A stretch of DNA of 64,000 nt, from assembly GCF_009914755.1 (NCBI RefSeq), contig NC_060929.1; one strand, written 5' to 3'. A model generated the notes under the pieces. The model worked only from the letters and a program-made list of their open reading frames with translations, did no database searches and had not been told where the DNA came from. Position numbers and translations under genes: made by a program. Each line of letters opens with the position of its first letter. Position 1 is the first letter of the stretch. Source of the DNA: the human T2T-CHM13v2.0 reference genome, Homo sapiens. Shown piece after piece: positions 1 to 13,648 of the stretch.

Positions 1-639
1 AAGTACTATTGGTTTTTGTTTTGTTTTCATTTTGTTTTTTCTTGACCCAAAGGTAAGATAAAGTTAGGACAAAGAAGATTAATTTTTAATACTTTTAGGC
101 CATACTTGTTTAAGGCATTCCATTTCAAGCTTATAAATATAAATGTATGCCTGATGAATTTGGTTTCACATATTTTTTATTTGAATATTAGTCTGATCAC
201 TGAGCCATAAAAGTAGGCACTCAACAAAAGCAGATTCAAAATACACATGTACTTTTTAAAGGAAGCAAGTGACTTTAATGTCACTTAGTGATGGTCAACT
301 GACTTTCTCCATTGTACTTACAAATTCTCTCCATTAATTCTTGTTTTTATCAAATTTCTTTACTGCTGAATTTTTCTAAACTTAACTTCAGATGAGAAAA
401 AGCTCTTAAAATATTTTAAATAATAATTGCCTTATAAATATCGATGCCACTCTTCCCAGGAAAAGAAGATAAGAAAATTACATTTTAGAAAATATATTCA
501 GCATATGATACAGAATATATAATTCAGCTTTCTCCCCAATTTCAAACCAGGACTTTACATACTCACTTTAATAACAAAGTATTAACAAAGTTTACTTTGT
601 TAAAGTAAATATTTTTAAACAAGATATATAAGTCGGAAA

Positions 640-1620
640 CCTACAGAATAGATTATTTTATATTAGATGTTAAAATTTAAAAAACTTCATGACAAAAAAC
701 ACTATGAACCAAGTTTAAAGACAAATCACACACTAGAAAATGTTATGTGCAATTCAACTGACATAGAGCTAGTATTCATAATACGCAAACAATTTCTATA
801 AATCAATATAAAGAATCCAATAGAAAAATGGAAATTATATGGAGAGGTAATTTATAGAAGAAGAAACCTGGATATGCCAATAACCATACAAAGAGTTGCT
901 CACGCTCACTGGTTCTCACTACAAATTTAAATAAGGAAATACCATTTCATATTTACCCCACTGGCAAAACTGAAAGTGTCTGACTGCTGATGGGACTGTA
1001 CAGCTGCCACAGAGAGAAATTTGACAATTCCTATTGAATTAAATAAACATGTATAAACCACAGTACTCAGCAATTCCACTTCTAGATATATTCAATGTGG
1101 AAAATCCAACACAAGTCCACAATGAATCTTGTGTAAGGAGGATAATTTTAGTACATATTCGAAGTGGAAAATTGGAATGAACACAATTATTTATTAACGA
1201 AGGAAAGAATGAATAAACTACCAATGATTAATCAAGAGGAATATATTAAAGTAATTAAAATGTGTCAATATGAAAAAGTCCAAACTATAATACTAAATGA
1301 GTATTTCATCAAAGATTATGTACCAGGTGACAGTACATATAAAAATGGTAACTATAAATACTATATATTTTTATGGCTACCTATGTAGTGAAAGTATAGA
1401 ATCCTTTTAAGATATTTTTTAAAAACTCTAAATTTAGGACAATAGTTGCTACTGGGGAGAAAAGAGCTTGAAATGGGAATGTAGAAATATACCAGAGACT
1501 TTACCATTTTATGATGCAAAAATGTCAAAATGATAACATGTCTTAAATTTGCAGGAGAGTACATAAGAATTTGCTAAATAGTTTGGGGTTAAGTAATTCA
1601 GAAATGAAAATTAAAAATTA
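640..1620 (+). mobile_element. Ancient L1M (L1ME-like) 3' fragment, highly diverged
   Basis: Degenerate L1 3' motifs (aatccaatagaaaaatgg, ccaataaccatacaaagag, cagcaattccacttctagatata); boundaries approximate. Confidence 0.5.
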
Positions 1621-1857
1621 ATAGAGGTACTTAGAGTTTAAAGTAATAAATGCTGTATCAGATATCTTCAAAAGCGTTTATAAGAAAACATTTTATGATG
1701 TATTTTACATTATAGATATTTTAAATTTAATGAGGGAAAGTGCTGTTCTCTTGGATGACTAAGTAAGCAGGAATTTTGTGCAGTTATGATTAGAACCACT
1801 GGACCCAGCAAGAAAAGTATGCTTGATCAACAGATAATTGGGAGAAAGGCTCTGGAT

Positions 1858-2330
1858 CCCATTTATCAATTCATTTAGCAATTACAAATTGAGCGTCTGC
1901 CATGTTCTTAGCAACAATCCAGGTGCTAAATATCTAAACAGACAAAAGTTCTTGCCATCATGAAACTCACATATGCATAGGTAGAGAAAGAAAACTGGCA
2001 TAATAGATAAGCAAAATTTGAAGACAATGTGTGCATACAGAAGGAGGGCGAGTAGAACATGGCTCCAAGGGTAGCAATATGAGGGAGCGCGGGTGGAAGC
2101 ATGTTGTGGTATTAAAGAGAGGGTGGCCAGGATAGTCTCATTGAGAAGCTGACTTCTTGGCAAAGACTTAACAAAGAGTTGAGGGGACAATCTATATAGG
2201 TATATGGAGGACCAATTAGGCAAAAAAATCAAGGCAAAGGCCCTGAGGCAGGAATATACATGATTTATTCAACAAAAAGCAGGAAGACAAATGTGGCTGA
2301 AGCAAAGAGAAATAGAGGAAGTAGATGGTA
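1858..2330 (-). mobile_element. LINE-2 3' fragment
   Basis: Reverse-strand L2 3' signature (ttcatttagcaa...ttgagcgtctgccatg...ccaggtgct...cttgccatcatgaaactcaca; caaaggccctgaggcagga). Confidence 0.6.
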
Positions 2331-4144
2331 TCAGAGAGGAAACTGGCCCAGAAAACACCACAGAGAAAGAGAAGAAATGTTGAAAGATATTTGTTTCCTT
2401 TGACATTTTCATCTGGGAAGGTGTATGCCCTTCTACCCATCTCAACACTCTTTCTAGGGTCTCTCAGTTCACACTTTGTTCTTTCTTTGATGGAGGTAGC
2501 AAAATAGGAGTGATGAAGAGGATGCTGTCAGACTCTAGAGAAGGAAAAGACACGACAAAAGATGACCATTGCCTTGGCTTGTACTTTTCTCTGCTTGCCT
2601 CTTCACTTTTAACTTCACAACCCTAGAAAACTGTTTCTCTTAACTTCACAGTTATAAATGTTTGGTAAAATTGGGCTGGATACATACAATTTCTGTTTAC
2701 AGGTGTCTTTTCAAGCACATGTCACTTAAAGTGTTCATAAAAAGGAAACATTGGAATTTGAGTATTGGGAAAAATAATTGCTGCATCCTTTGATGAAACT
2801 AATTGGTTAGGGGACCTTCAGAGAAGTTTTTTTTTTTTTTTGGAAAATAAACAGCAATAAAATTTTATCCTATCTGATTCTCATTCTTTTCTACATAGAT
2901 GTTAAGTTCCTTTTAGTTTCTGAAAAGGAAGATTGTAGTCCTGTCTGATGTGACTATTACATTGGTGCACAAGCTTTAACCTTCCAATTTAAACTTTAGT
3001 TATAACTACTTTCTACAGCATAGAAATGTCGAGTGCTGGGTTTTTGTTCACTATTGTAGAATGCTCATTGAAGAGGCACTTGGGTACATTTTGTTCAAAG
3101 TCACTGGGACTTCCATCAGTGCAAGATTTCGGCAGTGTCTACAAAATGAACATTTGGTCTGATGTAGCGTGCTGTGACCCACAGCTGCAACAACCAGCTG
3201 CGTCTGCTCAAACTTCAGCCATCAGCCAGCTCAGTCGTGTAACGGAATCTTAGTCACAGAATGCCTCCATAACAATGGCTTTCACAAGGTCATTTTAGAA
3301 AAAGAAACTATGCTTAGTATGAACAGTTGCAAAAATACAAGACTTCAAGGGACTTGAGTATAACAAAAATGAGATACAACTGGTGTTTTACATGGACTAA
3401 ATGCAGAAAAAGCATGAAAAAAAAAAACCTTACTTTGCAGTTTAATCCAATACTATTTTTAATGCATAAATTGTAGACTAGCAAATGGAATCACTACTGA
3501 CTCAAGGAACAAAGATTAGGAATATACAAAATACAGATATCCATACAAACTTGAATGGTTGAGATCTCAAAATTTCACAAGGTGGATTAGATTTGCCACC
3601 TAAGGAAACTTCTAAGGATATCAGAAACTAACACAAGATTTGGAAATATGTTGGAAGAGAAGGTTTAATTCACATGAGAAAATATGATTATAGTGTCACT
3701 AAACATTAAACATATATTATCATCTTTGTACTAATAGCATAAAGTATAGAATAACTGTGTTAAAAATTTGGAAAATGTCCCTGTGACTAATGAGTAATTC
3801 TAAAAAAGAACTGGATAGTGCAAATCATTCAACATCCAAGTAAAAAAGTACTTTGATTCTAAATTACTGGACTTTGTTTTTATAAAAAATATTACAGAAG
3901 TAGAGATATAATTTCTCACTGCAGTATCACACCAGACCACTCTGGATATAAATAGTCTGTTGGGAACTGACCAAAGCCACTTTGTTCATTTCCTTTTATC
4001 ATGTTCTTTATGGCAGATAGCATATCCTTTCACAGAAAGAGATAGGTAAGTGCCGTAGGCCTTCCCCGCAGTTATTTTGATGTGAGGTATAGAGATACAA
4101 GGAAAACAAAAGTCAGACCAAATCTGGTATTCATAAAAACACAT

Positions 4145-4243
4145 GGTTGGGTGCAATGGCTCACACGTATAGTCATAAGACCTTGGGAGGCCAAGGCTGG
4201 CCAATTGCTTGAGCCCAGTAGTTCAAGACCAGCCTGGGCAACA
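4145..4243 (+). mobile_element. Alu left monomer (FLAM/AluJ-like), interrupted
   Basis: ggttgggtgcaatggctcac...gggaggccaagg...ttgcttgagccc...gaccagcctgggcaaca. Confidence 0.8.
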
Positions 4244-4458
4244 AGTCCCGCCCTTCCAGTTCAAACCGATGTAAATCTTACGTGTATTGGTTGATGTATT
4301 ATGTCTCCCTAAAATGTATAAAAGCAAGCTGTACCGCAATCACCTTGGGCACATGTCCTCAGGACCTCCTGAGGCTATGTCACAGGCACTTCCTTAACCT
4401 TGGTGAAATAAACTTTCTAAATTGATTCAGACTTGTCTCCGATACTCTTTGGTTTACA
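4244..4458 (+). mobile_element. MER4-family ERV1 LTR, 3' part
   Basis: gtctccctaaaatgtataaaa...caccttgggcacatgtcctcaggacctcctgaggct...aataaac...ggtttaca terminus typical of MER4. Confidence 0.8.
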
Positions 4459-4869
4459 CCCATCTCACCAATATTTTATAATAATTGCATTTTAACAATT
4501 ATTTCCTGTTATTCCAGGTTTGTATTATATATTTGACAGCTTGGTTAGTTGACAAATATTCTATAAAGTTTTCTTATATTTCATGGTGAGGTATGAATTT
4601 TAATAGCATTGTTTGGCAATCTTTGTGGCTATTTAATGTTTGTATTTAATTTCACTTTATGTGAAATTAGTATTACCGGTTGTATAGTTTTCTCTGTAAG
4701 AGAATTTTGAACAATACTACTTAAAAATAGTGTCTTTTTGTTAAGTATATTGCAGTTAATATTAAAGTCTTTTTTCTTAACTCAATCTGAAATTCTTACT
4801 TATAAGCAGGGTCTATTAGCTGATATATTTAGTCTTAATGCTTCATCAAGGACTCAGCATGGCATCTTC

Positions 4870-5020
4870 TTTAAGGGCACAGGCTTTTACTTGAGATAGA
4901 TCTGGTTTCAAGTCCAAGCCCTACTGCATGCTAGCTCTGTGTAAATATTGAGCAAATTTGTTAATCTCTCTGAGCCTCAGCTTCTCACCCCCTCCCAATA
5001 ACACCCACATTTAAATGAGA
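4870..5020 (+). mobile_element. MIR SINE
   Basis: Core ctagctctgtg...ttgagcaaatttgttaatctctctgagcctcag. Confidence 0.7.
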
Positions 5021-6092
5021 AAATAAAGTTTTTTTACACTTTAAATTTCTGGTGGTTCTCTCCTTCTTTGCGTCCCACCCTTCCTTTCTTTCTTTACTTC
5101 CTTCTTTCCTTTTTTATTCATTCTTTCTATATGTACTATGCTTGCTTTGCCTGTTTTATAAAAAGATTTAAAAATCACATTTGTGGGAAGTCTAACTTAT
5201 TTTTTTTAAAGGAAAGATAAGCTAGAAAATTTCCATTTGTTTATGGAAAAATCAGAAAACAAAAACATCAACATTCTCAATATTTAGTTTTAGAAATGTT
5301 TATCTATGAGTCATTTCAGGCAGGGATAAAAGGACTGAATTCACCACAGCCTGGACCTCACTTACAGCTGGTAGCATTTGGTGTCAGCTGTTATAAGGAT
5401 GACCAAGTTACTTCCAGGAATATTCTCCCTCCAGAATGCAAAGAGGCTCACCAAATAATGTGCTTCCTTCTTTGTGGTAGGAGATGAATAATGTAATAAT
5501 TTGTCTCTTACTTTGGAGAGGACATCTCAACACGCCCCTGACCAACGGAACTCCCACATTTTTTACTGATGTGGTAGGCCCATGAGTCTTTATAACATTT
5601 CATTCACATTCTCTCAGCTCTCAAGCTAAAAAGGCTAGGTTCTTCAGTATGTTAGCCAATTACAATTTAGCTGGCCAGGTTATCCTAATATCATTGATGT
5701 AGTTAACCAGTGTATTTTGCAGGACATCCAGATGGTCCTGATCACTTTGGATTATATTATGGCAGAAGGCAGGGGAGTTTTCATAGCTCTGGAGTAAATG
5801 CATAATTGTACATTGTTGCCCCTTTTATGTGAATACACATTATAATCTCACTTTCTGATTAAAGTAGATAAAAGTATTCACCAAAGTAATATTTTAAACC
5901 ATAGACCTGAGGTTATGTTAAGTGGCGCTGGAAAAAAAAACACATCTGGAAAAGCAATTGCAATTAAGGCTGCTACTTAACTGGGTTTGTGTTGGCCTCC
6001 TGCATCCTTCAGTATCCAATATGTTTCTTTAGTGGCCAAACCATTAACTTAAATGGAAACAAAATGGAGGCCACCACTCCAAATCTTTAGAT

Positions 6093-6245
6093 CTATGCTA
6101 TCCAATAAGATAACCACTCAGTACACCCAGTAGCTATTTTGATTTACATTTAAATAAATAACATATAAAAATTATTCAGTCATACTAGCCATATTTTTAG
6201 TGTTCAATAACTATATTCATTATTTTAGAATGTTGTTGGACTTTA
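6093..6245. mobile_element. MER3/MER33-like hAT-Charlie MITE remnant
   Basis: tgctatccaataagataaccact...cagtcatactagccatatttttagtgttcaata...ttggac. Confidence 0.5.
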
Positions 6246-6306
6246 GATCCTTAATGATAGCACACTATCGTCAGCCATTCCCTTACTCTGGAATGCAATA
6301 TTGTTT

Positions 6307-6477
6307 ATTTTTTATGTTTTAACTTTTTAAGAGATGGGATCTTGCTCTGTCACCTAGGCTGGAGTATATTGAAGCAATCATAGTTTGCTGCAGCCTCAAA
6401 CTCCTGGCCTGAAGTCATCGTCTTGCCTTGGCCTCCCAAAGTGTTGGAATTATAGGTGTGAGCCACTGCGCTCAGCC
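6307..6477 (-). mobile_element. Alu monomer (FRAM/FAM-like)
   Basis: Single-arm Alu on minus strand; flanking direct repeat aatattgttt at 6297-6306 and 6482-6491. Confidence 0.85.
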
Positions 6478-7417
6478 CCATAATATTGTTTTAGATTTAT
6501 TATTTTGACTGGGGGAAGAGAATGCAGTCTTAGAGGCTTCTATTTGCACTTTCCCAGTATGAAAGTTCATGTACTGAAGGCCAAGGATCCAATATGGGGG
6601 ATGAACCAGTTATGAAGTATGTCAATCTCAACTGAATATTCAAAAATTAGGAATATGACCAATGGATGGGCCAGCCAACCCAGTGGATCCACTATCATCC
6701 AGATGTTGGTCAAGACTTTTTTTTATTGCTTGGCTCCCATATGTCTCCATTCTGCTGGAGAGCCATGATGACACTTTGCTTCATAAGGTTTCAGTGTTAA
6801 CTTGGCTTCTATGCCCAACACTTGTAGAAACTTTTGGCTATGTCCCTTCTCAGTGTACAGTTACCTGAGTAAATGAATGCAGGTCTCACTATGAAAAGAC
6901 TGAAGGGATCACTACAGTGTACACTGTAGTGTACACTGTATCGTGGGGTCCTTTCTCAGATGCTATGTCTGAAAATCAGCTTGATTCAGAAACCTGACAA
7001 TGGATTATTATTAGGACAAGAGTTCCTAACCTCTGGGTCATCCACTCTTGCTGTTTCCAGATGGCTTAAAATGAGTAGTATTCAAGTTGGCTACCCGTAT
7101 ATTTTGCCTTTAGGAATGCATCTCCATAATTGCATCTCCATGGTTCTCCAGAAGTCAGGTCCCCTTGATTGTCATTCCAAACCTGCAACTCATTTGTATT
7201 GAGTTGTATTGGCTTCCTGCATACAAGCACTGCCATTTGGTCCTTATTGTTTGTATCCTATATGTTCTGTAATGGCCTTTCCTACTGTCATCCCTGGCTA
7301 ACAGGAGAGAGACATCACTGAGTTTTTATTGATATTTGTGCTCCCCTGACCAGTGCATTTGCTATGACCTCTCCATGAAACATAATCACTTGATGAGACT
7401 TTCAGCTTTACATAATA

Positions 7418-7859
7418 CAGTTGACCCTTGAACAACTCAGGGATTAGAGGCACCAACCACTGTGCAGTGAAAATTCTTGCATAATTTTGACTACCCATAA
7501 TTTAACTACTAGAGCCTGCTGTGGACTGCAAGCCTTACCAATAACAGTCAGTTAACACATATTTTATGTATGTATTATGTACTGTATTCTTATAAGAAAG
7601 TAAGCTACAGAAAAGAAAATATTATTCAGAAAATCAAAAGGAATGGAAAAATATATTTACTATTCATTAAGTGAAAGTGGATCATCGTAAAGTTCTATAT
7701 CCTCATGGTCTTCACATTGAGTAGGCTAAGGAAGAGGAGAAAGAAGAGAGGTTGGTCTTGCTCTCCCAGCAGTGGCAGAGGCAGAGGCAGAGGCAGAAAA
7801 AAAAATTGCATGTAAGTGGACCCACACAGTTCAAATCCATGTTGTTCAAGAATCTATTC
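7418..7859 (+). mobile_element. Tigger2a (MER28)-like TcMar DNA transposon
   Basis: TA + cagttgacccttgaacaa left TIR; degenerate right TIR ttgttcaagaatctattc + TA; ~440 bp. Confidence 0.85.
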
Positions 7860-8199
7860 TAGTATAATCACTTCCTTGAGTCTTTGAACTCCTTACCCCA
7901 CTGCCTGCCAAGACAATTCTGGCATTTCAATGATGCAATGTAAGTCATCAATTTCCAATGCTTTTAGGAGCCATCTTGTTACTTAACTATCTCCTGGGGT
8001 CTTTCTAAGGATATTGTATCTTGTGTATCTCAGGATAGTGCTACTGTACAAACTCTCCCCTATGCAATTCTATAATCTGACCTCCTTAATCAAGGACCCT
8101 CAGAATTGAGTTGTTTCCTATACATGCTGGCCAGTTCCTGCAGCTCCTTTAGAATATCATCTCTTTTTTTTTTTTTTTCCCTTGGCTCACACGATCCTA

Positions 8200-8597
8200 G
8201 CTGGGTGATACAGTGACTTTACCCAAGTTATAAGCCCTAATGGCCAGTGGGTAGGGGTGCGACAGATCTGGAGGTTGGTATTGTCCTCAAGTAATGGGGA
8301 AAGTGCTAGGAAGTACTCTTCCCCAAAGAGAACTCCCTTGCCCAAGGAAATGACCTTCTTCTGCATTCAATGAAAAGTAAGAGATATGTCTCTAAAGGGT
8401 CATCTCTGTGCCTGAGTTCCCTGTGGATCTTCTTAAGTCTCAGTTTCAGTTGTCTTGCAATTCAACTTCTCCCTCTGCCCAATCCTGGTTCCCTTATGTT
8501 CTCATAAATGCTGCCTCCCAGGGAACTCTTCTGTAACCTCTCTGCATGCACATTTCTGTCTTAGGGTCTGTTTCCCAAGGAAGCTGAGCTAAGAAGA
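8200..8597 (+). mobile_element. LTR16-like ERVL LTR
   Basis: ctctgcccaatcctggttccct...gcacatttctgtcttagggtctgtttccc 3' end resembles LTR16. Confidence 0.5.
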
Positions 8598-10057
8598 TGT
8601 GTAACCTTTATTTGTAATCATTTCTGATTGTATACCCCTTTGATATAAACCCCACCTAATTGCAGGCAAAATGCTGAAATTCATTTGCCAGTAGTAACAC
8701 CATAATGTCAGAGGCCAAATAAAAAAGATAAATCAATGATTGCGTGAAATGCTGCAAGTGAGAAGAGTTATGTAATGTATCCAAGAGGAATAATACTAGC
8801 AGAGTGTGTTTGTTTGCAGAAGATGGATGAGGGAGTTGTAGGGGGATATTAAAGAAAGGAATATGGGAAGAGAATTGGCATCAAAGAGGTTTTATGTGAA
8901 AGAACAATAGTTAAAGTGATGAGAATGCAATGGGAAGCCTGATTAGAGGAGTAGCGCCCGATTAGAAGTCACTCAGGTGGCAACATGTGAAAAGACTGTC
9001 AGTCAAGAAAGCTTATAGGTGTTGCACTGCAGTCTATTCAGCCTAGATGAGAATTGATAGAACACCTGGTGCTTTATACTCTTGGCTGAGCCACATCACA
9101 CCTTATTAATGGTGTATCTATTCCCTTTCTTCCCTCAGCAAAACATTAAAAACTTGAGATGAAAGCATGCCGTTCTAAAACATATTTGGCTCAAAGAAAA
9201 AGATGCTTCCCAGGACTACAAAAGATCTTTCTTTAATGAAACTTTAATTAAACTTTGCTTTAATTTGGATCACAACGAAGAAAATAAGGACTTTTCATCT
9301 TGCCCCATGTGGAAAGTATCAGTGTCTCCTATGAATAAAATTTTTGGAATTTAAATGTCTTGCAATCTTTCAGGACCTTTAGTCCCATTGATAATTGACT
9401 ATGACAACAAAATCAATTGTTTGCAACTAAATTTACAAACATATATTTTTAGGATGGATACATGTACCAGAAATACATTATTGTGTGCCCTCTAAGGTGT
9501 TATTAGTAACAATGGTAATTAGAGGGAACAAAAGCTGGGAAAATAAAATTGGGAGGAGGCTATAAGCCAGTTCTTTAGGGTTAATGAAACAATAGTTGAC
9601 ATCATGTTTTCCCTCCCCAAAGAAGCCACCAAATGGCAACACATAATTAGTATGAAATAACACTATTCAGAACAATTCTTAGGTGCTAAATACTTTGTTA
9701 TCTACAAAGAACACATATTTGAAAAACGTCAACTTTTGAAAAGACTCAAATAGAGTGTTTGAATATGTGTCATGTTTAGAATCTGGTCTGTTTCATAGGG
9801 AATGTTCTTGCTGTCAATACCACTGTGTGTTACCTCTTCACTGGGAAGGAGTCCATATGTCTCAGATTTGCCCTTGACCACAGACATTTGCCAAGAAGAG
9901 ACAAGAAATGTGTCCTCATTTGTACAGATGTACGGAGAAGAAAGCTCATCATTTTCAAAAAACAACTAAAATGCCTTCTCTGTACTGAACATTATGTGTG
10001 TGGATTACAGAGTGGAATAAGAGGGATGCAACCTGGCCTTAATAAGGGAGAGGTGTT

Positions 10058-10143
10058 CATGGCACACGTATACCTTTGTAACAAACCTGCACATTCTGCA
10101 CATGCATCTCAGAACTTAAAGTAAAATAAAAAATAAAAATAAA
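10058..10143 (+). mobile_element. Extremely 5'-truncated L1PA (~90 bp)
   Basis: catggcacacgtatacc...aacctgcacattctgcacatg...aacttaaagt + A-rich tail; TSD gagaggtgtt at 10048-10057 and 10149-10158. Confidence 0.85.
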
Positions 10144-10229
10144 GAAGTGAGAGGTGTTGTTCATGGGTACATTTTCCCCAAACACACCGGGCGGGACAAA
10201 AACTGGGATTTTGTTTTCAAGCCTAGGAA

Positions 10230-10449
10230 AGGAGCCTGCGAACAATGATTCTTGGGCCAAATCCAGCTCTCTGTTCTTGTAAATAAAGTTTTATGGGAGC
10301 ATAGTCATGCTCATTTATTTACATATTGTCTATGACTGATTTCGTGCTACAAAGGCCAGATTGAGTAGTTGTCAGAGAGGCATTATGGCTCACAAAGCCT
10401 AAAATTAGTTATTGTTTGGCCTTTTACAAAACAAGTTTGAAAACCCCTG
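10230..10449 (+). mobile_element. MER58A hAT-Charlie MITE
   Basis: gggccaaatccagc...gtaaataaagtttta...aagcctaaaa...acccctg. Confidence 0.8.
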
Positions 10450-10643
10450 GTCTAGGTGAAGAAAAGCACATTTAGAAACAGATCCTACCTATCTGTCCTG
10501 TACCCAACATAGCAAAGCAATATAATAGCCAGAGGAGTCACTCAAAGGCCTAGGCACATGTAGCTTGTAATTTAGCTTAAATTTATGAAAGCTTCTGCTC
10601 AGAATAATTCCTTTAAATGCATGTCCCATTCATTTTGGTTTGT

Positions 10644-10673
10644 CACACACACACACACACACACGCACACACA
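10644..10673. repeat. (CA)n microsatellite
   Basis: Direct reading. Confidence 0.95.
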
Positions 10674-10804
10674 TTGGATGTATAATTACAACTTGCATTG
10701 CTATTAGTGCACAATCACAAAACTGTTACCATGCTATTAATTTTCCACACGTTCTATTAACTTCCTAATGGTAGCTGTGTTACTCATCTCTTATGCTGTA
10801 AGTA

Positions 10805-12347
10805 CATTCATGTGTTGCTTAATGATGGTAATACGTTCTGAAAACTTGTTAGGCCATTTCATTATTGTGTAAATATCATAAAGTGTACTTGCACAAACCT
10901 AGATGGTGCAGCCTACTACACACATAGGCTGTACTCTAGGGTCTCCAACCCCCAGGCTTCAGAGCAGTACTGGTCCTTGGCCTGTTAGGAATGAGGCTGC
11001 ACAGAGGGACGTGAGCCGTGGACAAGCGAGCATTACTGCCTGAGCTCTGCCTCCTGTCAGATCAGTGGCAGCATTAGATTCTCACAGGAGGGCAAACCCT
11101 ATTGTGAACTGTGCATGCAAGGGATCCAGGTTGCACACTTTTTATGGGAATCTAATGCCTGATGATATGAGGTGGAACAGTTTTATCCCAAAACCATCCC
11201 CACCCCACCGCATGGGAAAACTATCTTCCATAAAACTTGTCCCTGGTGCCAGAAAGCTTGGGAACCGCTGCTACACAGCATGTTCCTGTACTGAATACTG
11301 TAGGCAATTATAACACGATGGTATCTGTATATCTAAACATAGAAAAGGTACAGTAAAAATATGGTATAAAAGATAAAAAATGGTACATCTCCATAGGCCC
11401 TTAACATGAATGAAGCTTGAAGGACTAGAAGTTGCTCTCAGTGAGTCACTGAGTGGGTGGTAAGTGAATGTGAAGGTCTGGGACTTCACTGTGCACTACC
11501 ACAGACTTTATAAATACTGTATAGTACAATCCGGTTACACTAATTTTTAAAATTATTTCTTCAAAAACAAAGTAACCTTAGCTCACTATAACTTTCTTAC
11601 TTTATAAACTCTTTAAATGTTTTAAAACTTTTTCTTACTTTATAAACTTTTTAATTTTTTAAAACTTTTTGACTTTTGACTCTGGTAATAACATTTAGCT
11701 TAAAATATATTGTACAGGTGTACAAAAATATTTTATTTCTTTAGAACTAAGCTTCTTTCTATCCTTATTTTTCTATCCTTCTATCTATAAGCTTTTCTCT
11801 ACCCTTATTTTTTTCAGTTTTTAAACTTTTTTATTAAAAACTAAGACACCAACACACACATTAGTCTAGGCCTATAGAATCATCAATATCACTATCTTCC
11901 ACCTCATCTTGTCCCACTAAAAAAAAGGTCTTCAGGGGCAATAACACACATGAGCTGTCCTCACATATGATGACAGTGCCTTCTTCTGCAATACCTTCTG
12001 AAGGAACTTCCTGAGGCTGTTTTACAGTTAACTTTACTTTTTGTAAGTAGAATGAATTTACTCTAAATAAAAAGTAAATATATAAACCACTAACATAGTC
12101 GTTTGTCATTATCATGCATTATGTGCTGTACATAATTGTATGTGCTATACTTCTATACAACTGGCAGTACAGTAAGCTTGTTTACACCAGCATCACCACT
12201 AACATGTGAGTAATGTGTTGCATTACGACATCCAACAGCTATGACATCACTAGGTGATAGGAATTTTTAAGCTTCATTATGGTCTTATAGGACCACCATA
12301 GTATACGTGGTCCATTGTTGACCAAAATGTTATGTGGTGCATGATTT
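10805..12347 (-). mobile_element. Tigger3b (Golem)-like DNA transposon, interrupted by MER1B
   Basis: Termini cattcatgtgttgcttaatga and ttatgtggtgcatgatttg; internal acaaacctagatggt...cctactacac; ~1.2 kb once the nested element is removed. Confidence 0.8.
10937..11270 (+). mobile_element. MER1B hAT-Charlie element nested in Tigger3
   Basis: gggtctccaacccc...gcctcctgtcagatcagtggcagcattagattctca...gtccctggtgccagaaagcttgggaaccgctg. Confidence 0.9.
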
Positions 12348-13648
12348 GCTGCAGTTTGCTGAGCTTCAATATGGTGAGCATCTGGATGCCTTAGAGACAA
12401 AAGAAATTTCTAATATAAGAACACACGGTGAGGCAAGGTTAGAGGGCTTTCACTCAGAGTGCAGAAGCTACTCTGTATACACTAGACTGTGCTCCCAGAA
12501 CATCCTAACCACAGTCTTCACTCGGAATGCTTTCCACCATTTCCCTGGTTGAAAGTAGGATCAATGTATTTCCAATCTACAGATCTGCAGCTGCTGGGTT
12601 TGGAAAAGAGAGGGCACTGAAATATCATACAGGCAGTCAAGAATGAGTGTTTCAGTGCTCATGGGGATACATTGCTAAATGGCCTAGAGTTGACAATGGA
12701 GTGAGAAGGAATCCCATAAAATGAAGGGTGAAGTCACAATGGCAAATTAATTTATTTGATCTATACTGCTTTTAATAGAATATTATTTTGAGCTATCAAT
12801 CAGTAAAATGCAGAACGTGTGAACCTCAGAATTGAGTAGTGGGAATTACAGCAGGAAAATAAGAAACAAAAGAAGTGAGCTACATCTTAACAGATGTCCA
12901 AGGATTCCAAGGGTGATTAGGAGCAGCCCCTCCACTAAGTCTAAGCCCCTTCCACTCTCCTTTCTGAACTTAGAGCTCACCACAGACAGAAGGAAAAAAA
13001 AGGGGAAAAAATATGAAGTTGCTAATAGAAGCTCTGCAAAATATTCTAAAAATGAAGAATTGACTGAGTTTAAATGCATGTTTAAATAAGTTTGAATAAG
13101 CTTAAGCTTACCCTGAATTGACAAAATTATGTTTTCTATCATCAGCTAAAATGGCCTCAGGAACTAAATTAAGTTAGAGACATTTTAAAAGGCACATTTT
13201 TGCACATATATCTCTGTAACTTAGAAATGCATGCCAGCCCAGAGATAATATTCCAGCATTTTCTTCTGACTTTTCCCACTCTTGTCATTCTATGCAAATA
13301 GCTCCAACACATGTTGGACTTGAAGGAGGCTAAATTTGAGAGCAGAACTTTGAATGCTGCTTTGGAGAAGTGGAGGAAGGCTTATAAATCATGGTCACAG
13401 CTGCATTCCTCCTCAGCTGGGTAGGGTCCTGGGTTGCTGTAGTGTAAGTGACTCTTTACTGCATATAGACAGTAAATATCTTCAAAGATGCCTCAGCCTT
13501 ATATTTTTCAAGCTGTTAAGACTCCAAAGCCTAGGACTAGAAAGGGAATCCAAAGTAACTTGTTAACTGTGTGCAATGTAATTTGCTGTTTTAGACAAAG
13601 AAAAGGTAGATATCTTTCCTCCCATACAATAGTTTTGTGCTTACTATC

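Noticed and set aside
6500-7400. Possible ERVL internal sequence
   Set aside because: Too diverged to assign by eye.
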